Below are positions 38,320 to 48,821 of a DNA stretch of 64,000 bases, piece by piece (within the stretch, counting starts at the first letter, position 1; each line of letters opens with the position of its first letter). The stretch is from contig CM119385.1 of assembly GCA_051294905.1 (NCBI GenBank), forward strand, positions 19,778,001 through 19,842,000, in the 5' to 3' direction. Source of the DNA: Botryllus schlosseri (taxonomy: Eukaryota). The position numbers and the translations under genes were made by a program. The notes under the pieces were generated by a model, which was not told the origin of the DNA, searched no databases, and saw nothing but the letters and a program-made list of their open reading frames with translations.

Positions 38320-38713
38320 TAGAGCGCGACCGATTATATCGATTCGCCGATAATATCAAGTCGATATCACACTTTGAAAGAAATATCGGTATCGGCTATT
38401 GGATGCAATTTTGTGACGTCACAACATGGTGGTAGCAAGTCAAAAAACTATAATCCTTGACCGCTAGACTGGGAATATTGCTGTATTTCGCATATCTTAC
38501 ATTTTCAAGGTGTCCTGATGCCGCCTTACGTGGTTTATTTCATGTTCGAGAATTACAATGGCTTAGAAGCTGTTGAAATAAATACTCTGAAGTTTTGAAA
38601 ATGCACCTTTCGAGGTAGATTCCACTTTATTTCAATATTGGTATTATCGGTGAAGGTGTTAGATATCAGTTTTGTCGGTATCGGCCCAAAAATCCAATAT
38701 AGGTCGGGCTGTA
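38320..38713. mobile_element. hAT-type MITE (CGAT/ATCG-rich)
   Basis: Ends TAGAGCGCGACCGAT...GGTCGGGCTGTA; perfect TSD ATGGTAAT (38312-38319, 38714-38721). Confidence 0.85.
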
Positions 38714-39389
38714 ATGGTAATCTTACCTGATTGTTTGGACATGACTTGACGAATGGGGGCGGAGAAGCGCCAGGTCATCTATACGCTAGGGTAGGGACAA
38801 TTTCTCCTTTGTTAACCTGTTAACTCGAAATAAGGTCAACACTTTCTCTCTACCTCAATTATGACTTCAGTTTTACCAATAATGTGTCAATATGGGCTTA
38901 TACTTTCGCCATGACCAAAGAAAGTATGACCAAAAACGCAGTGAACGGCGGTCGAAACACTAAAATGCGGGATGGATTGTCTCCCTAAGTCCCTAACTCG
39001 TCTAGATATAGTGGATATATTTATTCAATAATGACGTCATAGTGATTGATATTGACAGTTGAAAATGTAGGGTAAATATAGCTCCGTTGACGAAATATCT
39101 ACGTACTATAGCTGTTGAACCGAATATTTTGAGCGATCCAACCATCCCAGATCCCATATCGTATACGTCCGCTATATCTGGTGGCAATCGTCTGTAGGCT
39201 TATACAACATGGTTTTTGGAAAGTATTTACACAATTATGGCATAATTATACAATAAAAAAAAACCTTTTTATTTCAAGGTCATATTTGTTTTAAATGCAA
39301 CCCTAAATATATTGTTTGTTTGTTCGTTTGTTTGTTGGTGATATTCATGCTGTTTGTAGACTACAGTGGTCATTTACACCAGGCTGATA

Positions 39390-39598
39390 TTTCTTATTTT
39401 GGATTCCGTAGCATGACGACTTGTAGCACGGCCCACTTCTATGCTTTTTAAGACTCCGCTCATGCGGTTGTGATGGCGAGTAGGCGCCTAGATAAACCTC
39501 CAACAGTTAGGTAGGAATTCTATTGTTGCTATCGGTGGGACTCGAACCCACAACTCATTGGTGTTGTAGCTGTGGATTATAGCACTATACCACCGCGC
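39390..39598 (-). mobile_element. tRNA-derived SINE
   Basis: Minus strand has A-box-like GGTGGTATAGTGCT and B-box GGTTCGAGTCCC (39537-39548), followed by a non-tRNA body. Confidence 0.7.
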
Positions 39599-39847
39599 AA
39601 TCTCGTCACCTATTGGATCTATTGTTGCTCAATGTCCAGAAATTGTCACCGAGCCAGGCCTTTGGTGCGTGTCAATATTTTATGATGTTCGTGGCGTTAA
39701 TGGCACATACTAAATTTGTTTCATTACAGTCCCAATGCAAAATGTAAGAGCGCTTGATCGCAATTGCATAATTGACGTACATATCAACAATTATACAGAA
39801 TATACATACACTGTTGCGCAATGTCTCGGTAATGCTCTGTCGGGAGC

Positions 39848-40073
39848 GGGAATTCCCAAACAGTGATAGTCAAAGATCTCTCTCTCAACGAGAATTGGCC
39901 ACGTCGTCATACAAATGAGCTATAAGCATATCATGACGAACGCTCTTTTGTTATTATGCACTGTCGAGGCTTCCAGAACCTAACGAACACAATGCCATAA
40001 TCTCAGCCCTCCGTTTGATTACTATTTTGTTGGTACATGGGGATTCCCGATTTTTTCACCTGGTTTATATATA
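39848..40073 (+). promoter_or_regulatory. Putative promoter of tri-UBL gene 1: two NF-kB consensus sites plus TATA-like element
   Basis: GGGAATTCCC (39848-39857) and GGGGATTCCC (40039-40048) both match GGGRNWYYCC. TATATATA at 40066-40073, ~60 nt before the ATG. Confidence 0.6.
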
Positions 40074-40131
40074 TTCAGCAGGTTACTGATAGAGCATTCA
40101 TTTGTCTATTTGTCATATGCAAGAAAGCAAC

Positions 40132-40806
40132 ATGAAGATTACTATCATATCTCTGACTGGCCAAAGAATACAACTCGATGTACACCAAGGTGACAAAGTT
40201 GTAGATTTGAAAAAAAGATTAGCTCTATCTCAGAATGTTGGCATCGACCAAATCAAGCTGATATTCAATGACGTAGCAATGACAGACGACGAAAACACAA
40301 TGTCAAGTTACGGTCTCGTGGAGGGCAGTGAGATTCAGATGGGTATTGATCAGAGCTCGACCATCAAGATTACGGTGGATCTCCTCGACGGGGTCCGGCA
40401 AGTCTTCACAATCGACTGTAACGGACAGGTCCAAACGTTGAAGTCGAAAATAAAAGACCATACACGGATTCCTGTAGATGTGATCGATCTGTTCTTTGAA
40501 GGAAAACCAATTTCATGCGGAAAGCTCACTCATCACTCCATAAGAGATGGGTCAACACTGCAGATGAAGTTAAAGAAAATTCAGGTCACTGTGACTACGC
40601 TTGATCAGAAGAAACTGAACATGGAAATCTCCCACACGGAAACTGTCGATGATTTCAAATCCCGTCTGTATCAGGAGACTAGGGTACCGGTTTCGCAGCA
40701 ACGCTTGATATGCAACGGGCACCAGTTCAACACAGGACTCATGGTGGACTATGACATTCGCACCGGGAGCATTATTAACATGGTGGGGCGCCTCAGGGGA
40801 GGATAA
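40132..40806 (+). CDS. Intronless triple ubiquitin-like domain protein with terminal RLRGG (tri-UBL 1), 224 aa
   Basis: Three beta-grasp repeats of about 76+73+75 aa. The third is closest to ubiquitin (SQQRLICNGHQF...MVGRLRGG-stop); no internal GG. Start taken as CAACATGAAG (40132) by homology with the paralogs; an in-frame ATG also exists at 40117. Confidence 0.92.
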   Translation: MKITIISLTGQRIQLDVHQGDKVVDLKKRLALSQNVGIDQIKLIFNDVAMTDDENTMSSYGLVEGSEIQMGIDQSSTIKITVDLLDGVRQVFTIDCNGQVQTLKSKIKDHTRIPVDVIDLFFEGKPISCGKLTHHSIRDGSTLQMKLKKIQVTVTTLDQKKLNMEISHTETVDDFKSRLYQETRVPVSQQRLICNGHQFNTGLMVDYDIRTGSIINMVGRLRGG

Positions 40807-41324
40807 TATAACTGCCGATGAATACCGTACACAGATCTACGTTAATTTTTTCCACTACGTTATTTGTATTGCCATCTTTCTTTGCGTGTAAAATTATCTG
40901 GTGACTGTTCGCATCAGTTATAATACATTTATTTCGTTTACGCTATCGCATTATATTTACGGCAGTTATATCAAGTTATTTCAGCGCTAGAATGATTCGC
41001 AATGACTCGTGAGCGAAATAAGGTAACGAGAAAGACAACGCACAAGCCTATATGTATGGCAATGGATTGTGAAAGTCGTCCAAGGTCATCCAACGAAATG
41101 TGTGTCGATACCGCGAAAAGAAACGCATAACCACTATACCTCTTCAGTCCAGTGGCGTAGCAGCCACCTGGCGGTTCTGGCTCTGCGCCAGGGGCGGCAG
41201 GCTCCAAGGGGGCGGCAAAATGAAGCTGCACAGTGAGAGAGATTATTTTCTTTTTCGCCTGCACAACCGAGATGTTTAGGCGACGGAGATGCGATACGGA
41301 CTTCATAGTAAGATCAACTAGTCG

Positions 41325-41478
41325 GAACCCCCGTTTTTTCCTCCTCCGTCATTGCTGACCGCCTAGCGGGATAACCGCCGATACCAGTTTTCGAGTCATT
41401 GGCCTGACCAGGCCGGGGACCGAACCCACGACCTACCGATCAAGAAGCCGTACGCATCACGATTACACTATCTCGCTC
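41325..41478 (-). mobile_element. tRNA-derived SINE (second family)
   Basis: Minus strand has A-box-like GAGATAGTGTAATCG and B-box GGTTCGGTCCCC (41415-41427), then a body containing AAAACTGGTATCGGCGG. Confidence 0.65.
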
Positions 41479-41883
41479 CGCACAGTGTACACAGCCGGCT
41501 AAAAGAAACGTAATTGGTAGTCCTATAGCTGGCGTCCCGTGAGCTAAAATTTAATCAAGCAGGTCTCAATCGTCGCGCTGATTCCGAAAACACGAATTAA
41601 TATGTTGACATGGCAATGGAACCACTCCGAAATAGCCGCCAAGGCCGATCGTTCGATTGTACTCGAGACCCGTTTTGAGTTGGCAACCACTGGCATAAGC
41701 GGTGTCTTACAAGCCTGGAATTGTGCCGTGCTACATGTCGGTAGTTACGGAATCACAAATAAGAAATATCAGCCTGGTGTAAATGACCATTGTAGTCGAC
41801 AAACACTATGATTACCACAAACGACATTAGGGTTGAGTAGGCTACATGGTAAATGCGGATAATGCGAGTCTTCTCGCTTCTCG

Positions 41884-43045
41884 CTTGGACCGGTCCTTTT
41901 CACCTTATATGTCAACGACATTTTTGAAACCTCCTCATTGAACACCACACTGTTCGCTGATGATACTCACCTCCTCTCTTCCGCATCTTCGACGGCAGAG
42001 CTGGATGCCCTGACTGGTGACCAAATGCCCAAAAGTCCATGAGTGGACGGCCCAGAACAACCTTTGCATAAACGCCTCGAAATCGCAATTGCTGACAGTA
42101 AATTCAAAAAATAACCTAACCGTTAATATCGCTGGTCAGCCCGTTTCCGACACAGATAATGCCAAATATCTCGGAGTTTTACTGGACTCGAACATGTCCT
42201 GGAAGAGTCATATTCAGTCCCTAGAAACTAAATTATCACCGAAGTGCGGCCTGTTCTACAGCCTTGGACGCTTCATGCCTGCATGGGTTCTTCTGATACT
42301 CTTTAAATCCTTAATCCAATCGAAGTTACATTATGGCATCCTCTGTTGGGGGGCTGCCAGTAAAACTGCACTCAAGCCACTGCAGAAACTACAGCATAAA
42401 GTACTCCGAATCATAGCTAGGGCCCCAAAGGGGCCTGGCTGCCCATCCAATAAGTCGCTGCTGAAGAGATTCGGCGTCCTAAACATAGAAGATATGCGGA
42501 AACTAGAAATCGCCAAGTTTACGTATCAGTTTCACTGCGGTCGTTGCCCCGAATATTTCAATGACTTCTTTACCTCTGAATCAAAAGCGCACAAGTACAA
42601 CACACGCGCGTCCACGTCGTCCAAATATCATATGATCGACCGAAAAGATCATCGCTCCATCAAATATGCCGGACCTGATGTGTGGAACAGTATCCCGCCG
42701 GCCATCCGACAGTCGACGAGCATGTCCACATTTAAGTCGAAATACAAGCAATTACTACTAAATAAATACAGTCCATCCTCAAGATTACCGGACCACGACT
42801 GACCTATCGATCTCGCTTCCCATGACATGCCGCCCTATTTCTTGTCGCATTCTTTTTTTCTATACTATCTTCTTTACTTTCATTCAGTGTGCATGCCTCC
42901 TCTTTACATCGCCTAGGCCAAGGTGGGTGTCAGATTCCATAGACTACTTCTTGTCGCTTCGACATCTTCCTGTCTTTTCATTGTATCGCATTTTTGTGGT
43001 GTATTGAACTGATAAAATTGCTAATAAACCAATGATGATGATGAT
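41884..43045 (+). mobile_element. 5'-truncated non-LTR retrotransposon (CR1/L2/Jockey-like RT C-terminus, 3' UTR, (ATG)n tail)
   Basis: LGPVLFTLYVND...LFADDT at 41884-41967, then a frameshift into ORF 42017-42802 (KYLGVLLDSNMSWKSHI, YGILCWG, LQHKVLRII). AATAAA followed by an ATGATGATG tail at ~43023-43045. Confidence 0.9.
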
Positions 43046-43289
43046 TGTACGAACTTACGCGTAAGCTCCACTATCGCACGCTGCGCATGCGCAATTGCGC
43101 AAACACTACACGTATATAATAACATACACTCACTAAAATTGGACCTAGCATGGCCTACTAGTAGGCCATGGACCTAGTAAGCAAGTAGTGGGGAATCTCG
43201 ACAGACTAGGGCCGCGGGCCACATTATCTTGTAAGACGGAAAACAGTCCGCGGGCCGGACAAAATCCCTTCGCGGGCCGTATGTTGCCC

Positions 43290-43880
43290 GCCCATGACTT
43301 AAGAGATATGTTTGGATTTTTGAATTCCCACGCGCTGCTGCAAAGCGAAATTGACAATTTATTCACCATCGCTTTTAGAAGCAATTCTTGGAGTTAGCTG
43401 CGAATATTGTCACGCCTTATGGCTGTCTTATACCTACAAATTAGGGATCATATCTATCAGAAGATTTCTAGCTTTTCGTACAAACCAATATGAGGCCTCT
43501 AGGACGTACACAAATTAAGTTATGATCATATGAAGTTGTTCAACTTGAGATTTTAAATGGGTCAAGAGGCTGGTGCGGAGCAGTGAAACCACGTATGATC
43601 ATAGTGCAACAGCGTTTGATGTTTTACCGCGGTTAGTTAATGCAAAGCTACTTGATTCGACACGATATTTAGGCTCGTGCTCGTGTCTGAAACTTTATCT
43701 GACCGTTGGTGTTTCAATTGCGAGCTGCGTGAGGAGCTTCTCAGAGCTCAAACTGATTAAGTCTTATTTACGTTCTACCATGAATGATGATCGGCTATCA
43801 GCTCTATCCATTCTGTCTACAGAAAGAGACTACGTTCAAAAACTCGAATTTGAGGGTATTATCGCTGATTTTGTTTGAAG
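43290..43880 (+). pseudogene. Degenerate hAT transposase C-terminus (dimerisation domain, ZMYM1-like type)
   Basis: LYLTVGVSIASCVRSFSELKLIKSYLRSTMNDDRLSALSILS matches the hATC motif (S-x-E-RSFS-LK-IK-x-LRSTM-x-x-x-RL), with E>V. Upstream fragments are interrupted by stops; MITE-like CGCGGGCC repeats at 43210-43290. Confidence 0.8.
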
Positions 43881-43913
43881 CGGCTATTGATTTCTACAGG
43901 GTTGGTTCGATTG

Positions 43914-44020
43914 GTTTGAAATAAGGACAGATTTGTTTGAAATGAGGAGAGTCTCATGTTTGAAATGAGGATAGTCATGTCAGAAATAAGGATAGTCATG
44001 TTTGAAATAAGGATAGTCGC
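43914..44020. repeat. ~21-bp tandem repeat, 5 units
   Basis: Units of the form GTTTGAAATAAGGATAGTCAT. Confidence 0.85.
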
Positions 44021-44079
44021 TATATTCACTATAAAGTCAGTTGCAGTACCAGGCACGACTTCCCAGTGGTAACCCAGTC

Positions 44080-44812
44080 CGAATACATCCCAGACATGAT
44101 GTCCGAACACGCCCCAGACACGATGTCCGATTGGCAGCACAGGCCGAACACACCCCAGACATGATGTCCAAACACGCCCCAGACACGATGTCCGATTGGC
44201 AGCACAGGCCGAACACACCCCAGACATGATGTTCAAACACGCGCCAGACACGATGTCCGGGTATCAACGCAGGCCGAACACGCCCAAGACACCATGTCCG
44301 GATGGCAGCACATGCCGAACACACCTCAAACATGATGTTCGAACACGCCCCAGACACGATTCCCAGTGTCAACACAGGCCGAACACACCCCAGACATGAT
44401 GTCCGAACACGCCTCAGACACAATGTCCGAGTGTCAACACAGGCCGAACACGCCCAAGACACCATGCTGAATGGCAACACAGACCGAACACGCCCCAGAT
44501 ACGGTGTCCGAGTGTCATCTCAGTCTGAACACAAACCAGACACCATGTTTGAATGGCCGAACACACCCCAGACATGATGTCCGAACACGCGCCAGACACG
44601 ATGTCCGATTGGCAGCACAGGCCGAACACACCCCAGACATGATGTCCAAACACGCCCCAGACACGATGTCCGAGTATCAACACAGGCCGAAGCCGCCCTA
44701 GACACTATGTCCGAATAACATTACAGACCGAACACGCCCCAGACACGATATCCGAGTGTCAACTCAGTCCGAACACAACCCAGACACCATGTTTGAATGG
44801 CCGAACACGCCC
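44080..44812. repeat. GC-rich compound minisatellite (~20-23-bp subunits in higher-order repeats)
   Basis: Recurring CCGAACAC(A/G)CCCCAGACA(T/C)GATGT interspersed with GATTGGCAGCACAGG / GAGTGTCAACACAGG / GTTTGAATGG variants. Confidence 0.92.
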
Positions 44813-46483
44813 TTGGAAAACGATTGATAAGATGCTTGAATCGGGACGGCAGAGTTTGGCGATTGAATATAATGCTGACGTTCCAATGTAAGCTTTGCGG
44901 AAGTACGAAGAGTCATATACATTTACAGAATTGCAGTCAGAAGACAGAACATTCGAAACTGTTACCCAATGGTTATTGTTGATGTTCAGTATTTGAACGA
45001 ATTTCGATTTGGGAGTGTATGACGGCGCGTTTCCAGGAATGTAGCAGCTGCTGCTGACCAGACCGTCCACAGTCGGAAAATCCAAAGACAACCTCCACAT
45101 ACAATGATCGATTATATCGCTGTTTAGCCATAGATCCGATTCTAGAATTCGCTTGTTTCGCGAGCCAATAGTCGCTAAATGAGGAGAGACAGTTCTTTTA
45201 GCAACAAAGCGATGAGAAAGAGGCCGACAGTTATGCGATACAACAGATCGAACAGAAAGACCGGGCTTGTTCTTATCGACACCGCGTAGTGCTTTTTTTG
45301 GAGCCTGAAAGTATTTGCCGATGTGTCGATTCGGAGGATCATTTCTAAAGGAATTTTTCCACACTTCCACTTCTTCTGGGGGGGTATTAATTGATTCTGG
45401 CAACTTGCCCTTCATGGGATGATTAGCAAATCTGTTCAAATTATCGTAAAATTCTCGAATCAAGGCGGTGTGCAATTCGTCATAGACCATTGCAACTTGA
45501 TCCAGCTTTTCGTATCGACGGCCGTCCAGGCGCGAACGCTTGAGTTCCTGATTGGATTTTTCCATGCTACCAGACGTTCGGCAATCGCGCGTTAAATTCT
45601 GATATGGGCTGGATTCCAAAGATTTGAAAAAGGTGTCATATGCTGCGTAGGTGAGGTTACTCCCAAAACGGCCCAGATTCCCAGTGAGTAAGCTCGTTAT
45701 GTACGGAATCCTTGGAAGAAAATTCTTCTTGAAAGAAGCAACCATTTCAGGCATGCAGTACCTATTTTTGCCAGCGGGTACTAGAGATTCCACCTCAGCC
45801 ATAGCCCGTGAAATTACAGTTTCCAAAACTCCCACGAAGAGATTGACTCCGGTCGACTCATCGCCAGCTTCGTCAAACATATCATCGGCATTTTCAGTAG
45901 AGCAAAATTTGTTATCTTCGCGTGTTATTTTACCGAGAAAAAAATGCAAAGATTTGTCCGCAGCAGTCTCGTTATTGGTGTTCAATAAGATAGTGAGATG
46001 ATGTATATGAAGCAATATGAAGTTCCAATCAGAAGATTCAACGAGCAATCCAAAAATATACATCATCTCCTGAAACCTGCATTTATTGTTTGAGCATAAG
46101 GTCTTGAAATTTTTGATTACGTGACTTGCACACAATTTGAGAAATGTTTTTTTCAAATCATTCCCAGTGGCTGTCCCGGATATAACCCTATAGCAGCGCT
46201 GAAGATAGAACTCAACGGACTCTTCCATGAAATTGCCCAAAATCGAGGTTATCAATACTACGCTTCCATCGCAGATGAAAAGCCGCGCAGCGGTAGGGCC
46301 ACGAAACACGTCCTTTTCGTCACAGCGAAATTGAAAAAGGAAGTTGCTGACCGTGGCTATGTTGTGTCGATTACTCAAAAGAGAGGCAAGAGCAATTGGA
46401 GATTTCCCTTTTACAGGGTGCCTAACAACCAACTCATACATATAAAATGTTCCTTGTACTGCTCTATCGGTTGATGATATCAA
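44759..46483 (-). mobile_element. MULE/Mutator-like DDE transposase fragment fused to a truncated Ulp1/SENP (C48-like) protease domain; 574-codon open frame
   Basis: MULE-type motifs FICDGS (second D), CASH (CxxH) and RTSGSMEKSNQELK (E); first D absent, frame closed upstream by a stop. C-terminal WLNSDIID...HWVTVS...VYDS runs into the minisatellite before the catalytic Gln/Cys. Confidence 0.7.
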
Positions 46484-46779
46484 AACCCCACAACAGAATC
46501 ATTTTATAATGATTTTAGACGAATTCATCAACGTATATATATAAAATGACCAATTTCGAATTCTAAGGTGGGGAGGGGCATGGTGGATTTGACCCCATAT
46601 CGGAATCACCAAAACATACCAGAAAAAATTATTTCATGCGGAGCACACGATTCCGAGTTTGTATTTCTATATGGGGCGCGTCATTTTTCTCCGCTGTTCG
46701 CATCTGTACTGTGGTGCTCTGATTGCAAAAGACGCAATACTGAAATGGAAAATGAAGACGCATTGAATCGCACGTAGCG

Positions 46780-46935
46780 CGAAGAAAATTTCCCGATTTA
46801 TTAAAATCTCTCAAACATTCGGAAGTCAATTCGCAAATTCAATTTGCATGTCGACCGCCGCCAACACATACTAATTGAATTACGTGTCGACGGCCGCATA
46901 GAATTCCTTCTACGGCCGCAGGTTTGCCAACCCTG
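46780..46935. mobile_element. One-ended fragment of a MITE related to 48170-48821
   Basis: Ends GGTTTGCCAACCCTG at 46935; interior resembles the reverse complement of 48175-48300; other end not found. Confidence 0.55.
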
Positions 46936-47812
46936 CTGTAATATGTCATAACAACCGGTGCAATACCTCCTCTATCACGGTTACTGAATATATTTCCATA
47001 ATTGCTGCTGTTCGAAATGTCCTTAGTCATTATGCGTTGTCGCGAAGACCAATGATATATATACATTGCAAAGACGTATCTCCAATTCCGGAAGTAGCCA
47101 CCCCCGATGAACTGCTAAAAGTATGATGTGAGTCTTCGACCAGGTATACTTTCTGAAACTACTTACTTGAGTAACCTACTTTTCATACCTTAATTTTCTA
47201 CTTACAATTGAAGTGGTTTTCTCGTGTCTTGTAATTGAGTAGAGCTTTACGACAATATACACTTCTAGATGAGTAACAATGCTGACTATATTGGTCACGT
47301 CTACTAACTATAGATACAAATTTTTTCTCAAATGTTGCACAATATATAGGTGGCAATGAAAAAAGTCGCAGGCTAGTTAATACATAAGCGTTATTAATTC
47401 ACTAACGAACAGCTCTTTAATAAGAATCGATATCCCTATATGGCTAGCGTAGTACCCATGTAATGCCCCAAGAGAGATACTCTATGATCGATCGTGTGAC
47501 TTTCTATTGAAACTGTTCAAAAAGGCTATACGCTACAAGCTACAGCATATGTTTGCAGAGTGTACGATACTAACCCGCCTACGCACAACGAACCCCTTTC
47601 ATTATTTTGCATGGTCACACCAACACATAAAGCAATACAACACCAAACCTTGAGTTTTGTCAGCCAATAGTCAGAACCACAAGGTACATTACATGATTAT
47701 ATTTATTACACCGCTATAAATAAATATTATACGATCTGATGACCTCACGATCTACCATAGAAATGATAGAATATGTTTGAAAACTTGGATATAGCGAAAA
47801 TGGTATTTCAGC

Positions 47813-47892
47813 ATGAAGATATGTATTGTTCCGCTAAACGGCTGAACGGACAGAATTTGACATTCGGGGTACGTCAAGGTGACAGTGACAAA
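47813..47892 (+). pseudogene. Frameshifted 5' remnant of a fourth tri-UBL gene
   Basis: ATG reads MKICIVPLNG, then an 8-nt tandem duplication (CTAAACGG/CTGAACGG), then QNLTFGVRQGD (tri-UBL 3: MKIYVKTLNGQTFQFEVRQGD). Exact GGTACGTCAAGG shared with tri-UBL 2 and 3. TATAAATA at 47715-47722. Confidence 0.8.
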
Positions 47893-48169
47893 TTCGTTCT
47901 GTCAGTAATAACGAAGACACACACTTGGTCACGTGATACAAGCTACTACAGTCATGGTTTTCATTGCGTGAAAGAAGGTTAAAATCATTTCCTGTTAGAT
48001 GCATAGGGCTGGGTTCAATGATACGTGTGCGCGAATCCGAAACTAGCAGTAAACTGAAGGACAACGAGGAAAAATGCAACCCGACTCCAATGAGAGTATT
48101 TTTGTTTGATTTAGTTGTACACCCAGAGCCATTAAACTCAAAAATGTTCTACAATGCAATCAGCTACGC

Positions 48170-48821
48170 CAGGGGTGACCAACCTGCGGTCATGGACACG
48201 TAATTCTAATAGTATGTGTTGACGGCCGTGCACATGAAAATTTAATATACGAATTGACTCCTAAATGTTTAAGAGATTTTAATCAAAAAATGTTGCGCTC
48301 CATATAGAAGTATCAACTTGGAATCGTGTCTTCCTCACGAAAGAAATTTGTTTCTGGTGCGTTTGGGCAATTTCAATATCTTTCCACTATACCGACAATC
48401 CTGATGGGAGGTCAAGAAATAACAGCAGGCAAAAAAGTGACTAATTACAATTGGCCCATCCGAAGATACATCATCATTTATAACTTGCCCCAAATTTTCG
48501 AAAACACACCCTCCATCAACTGTACCGGAAAATCTGATCACATGGGCCGAGACAGGATACATGTTTGATGAGAATATGTGAATATGTCTGATCCAATAAT
48601 ATATTCATATCATGAGCTGACCAGTCGCGATTTCGGTGCGTATAGTAAGCCGATATAAAGAAATGGATTCGTCCGGACCTCACCAAAAATCGACATCGAC
48701 AGCTTAAAGTGAGTATTTCGCGTCCTATTTGTTCAGTACGAACGTTGCCCTGGAATGCGGTCGTAGACTACATGACTAATCGAAATGCGGCCGTGAATAC
48801 CAAAAAGGTTGGCCACCCCTG
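48170..48821. mobile_element. hAT-type MITE
   Basis: TIR CAGGGGTGACCAACC / GGTTGGCCACCCCTG; perfect TSD AGCTACGC (48162-48169, 48822-48829). Confidence 0.92.

Noticed and set aside
38787-38995. Possible MITE with TAGGG termini
   Set aside because: TIR match is imperfect and no target-site duplication was found.
39390-41478. Possible tRNA genes (A/B boxes at 39.5 kb and 41.4 kb; also 52 kb)
   Set aside because: No complete cloverleaf or acceptor stem; each continues into a shared non-tRNA body, as SINEs do.
44080-44812. Repeat array resembling CRISPR, and the many overlapping ORFs in it
   Set aside because: Eukaryotic context; intervening segments are themselves repeated rather than unique spacers; no cas genes. 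The ORFs are by-products of a stop-poor minisatellite.
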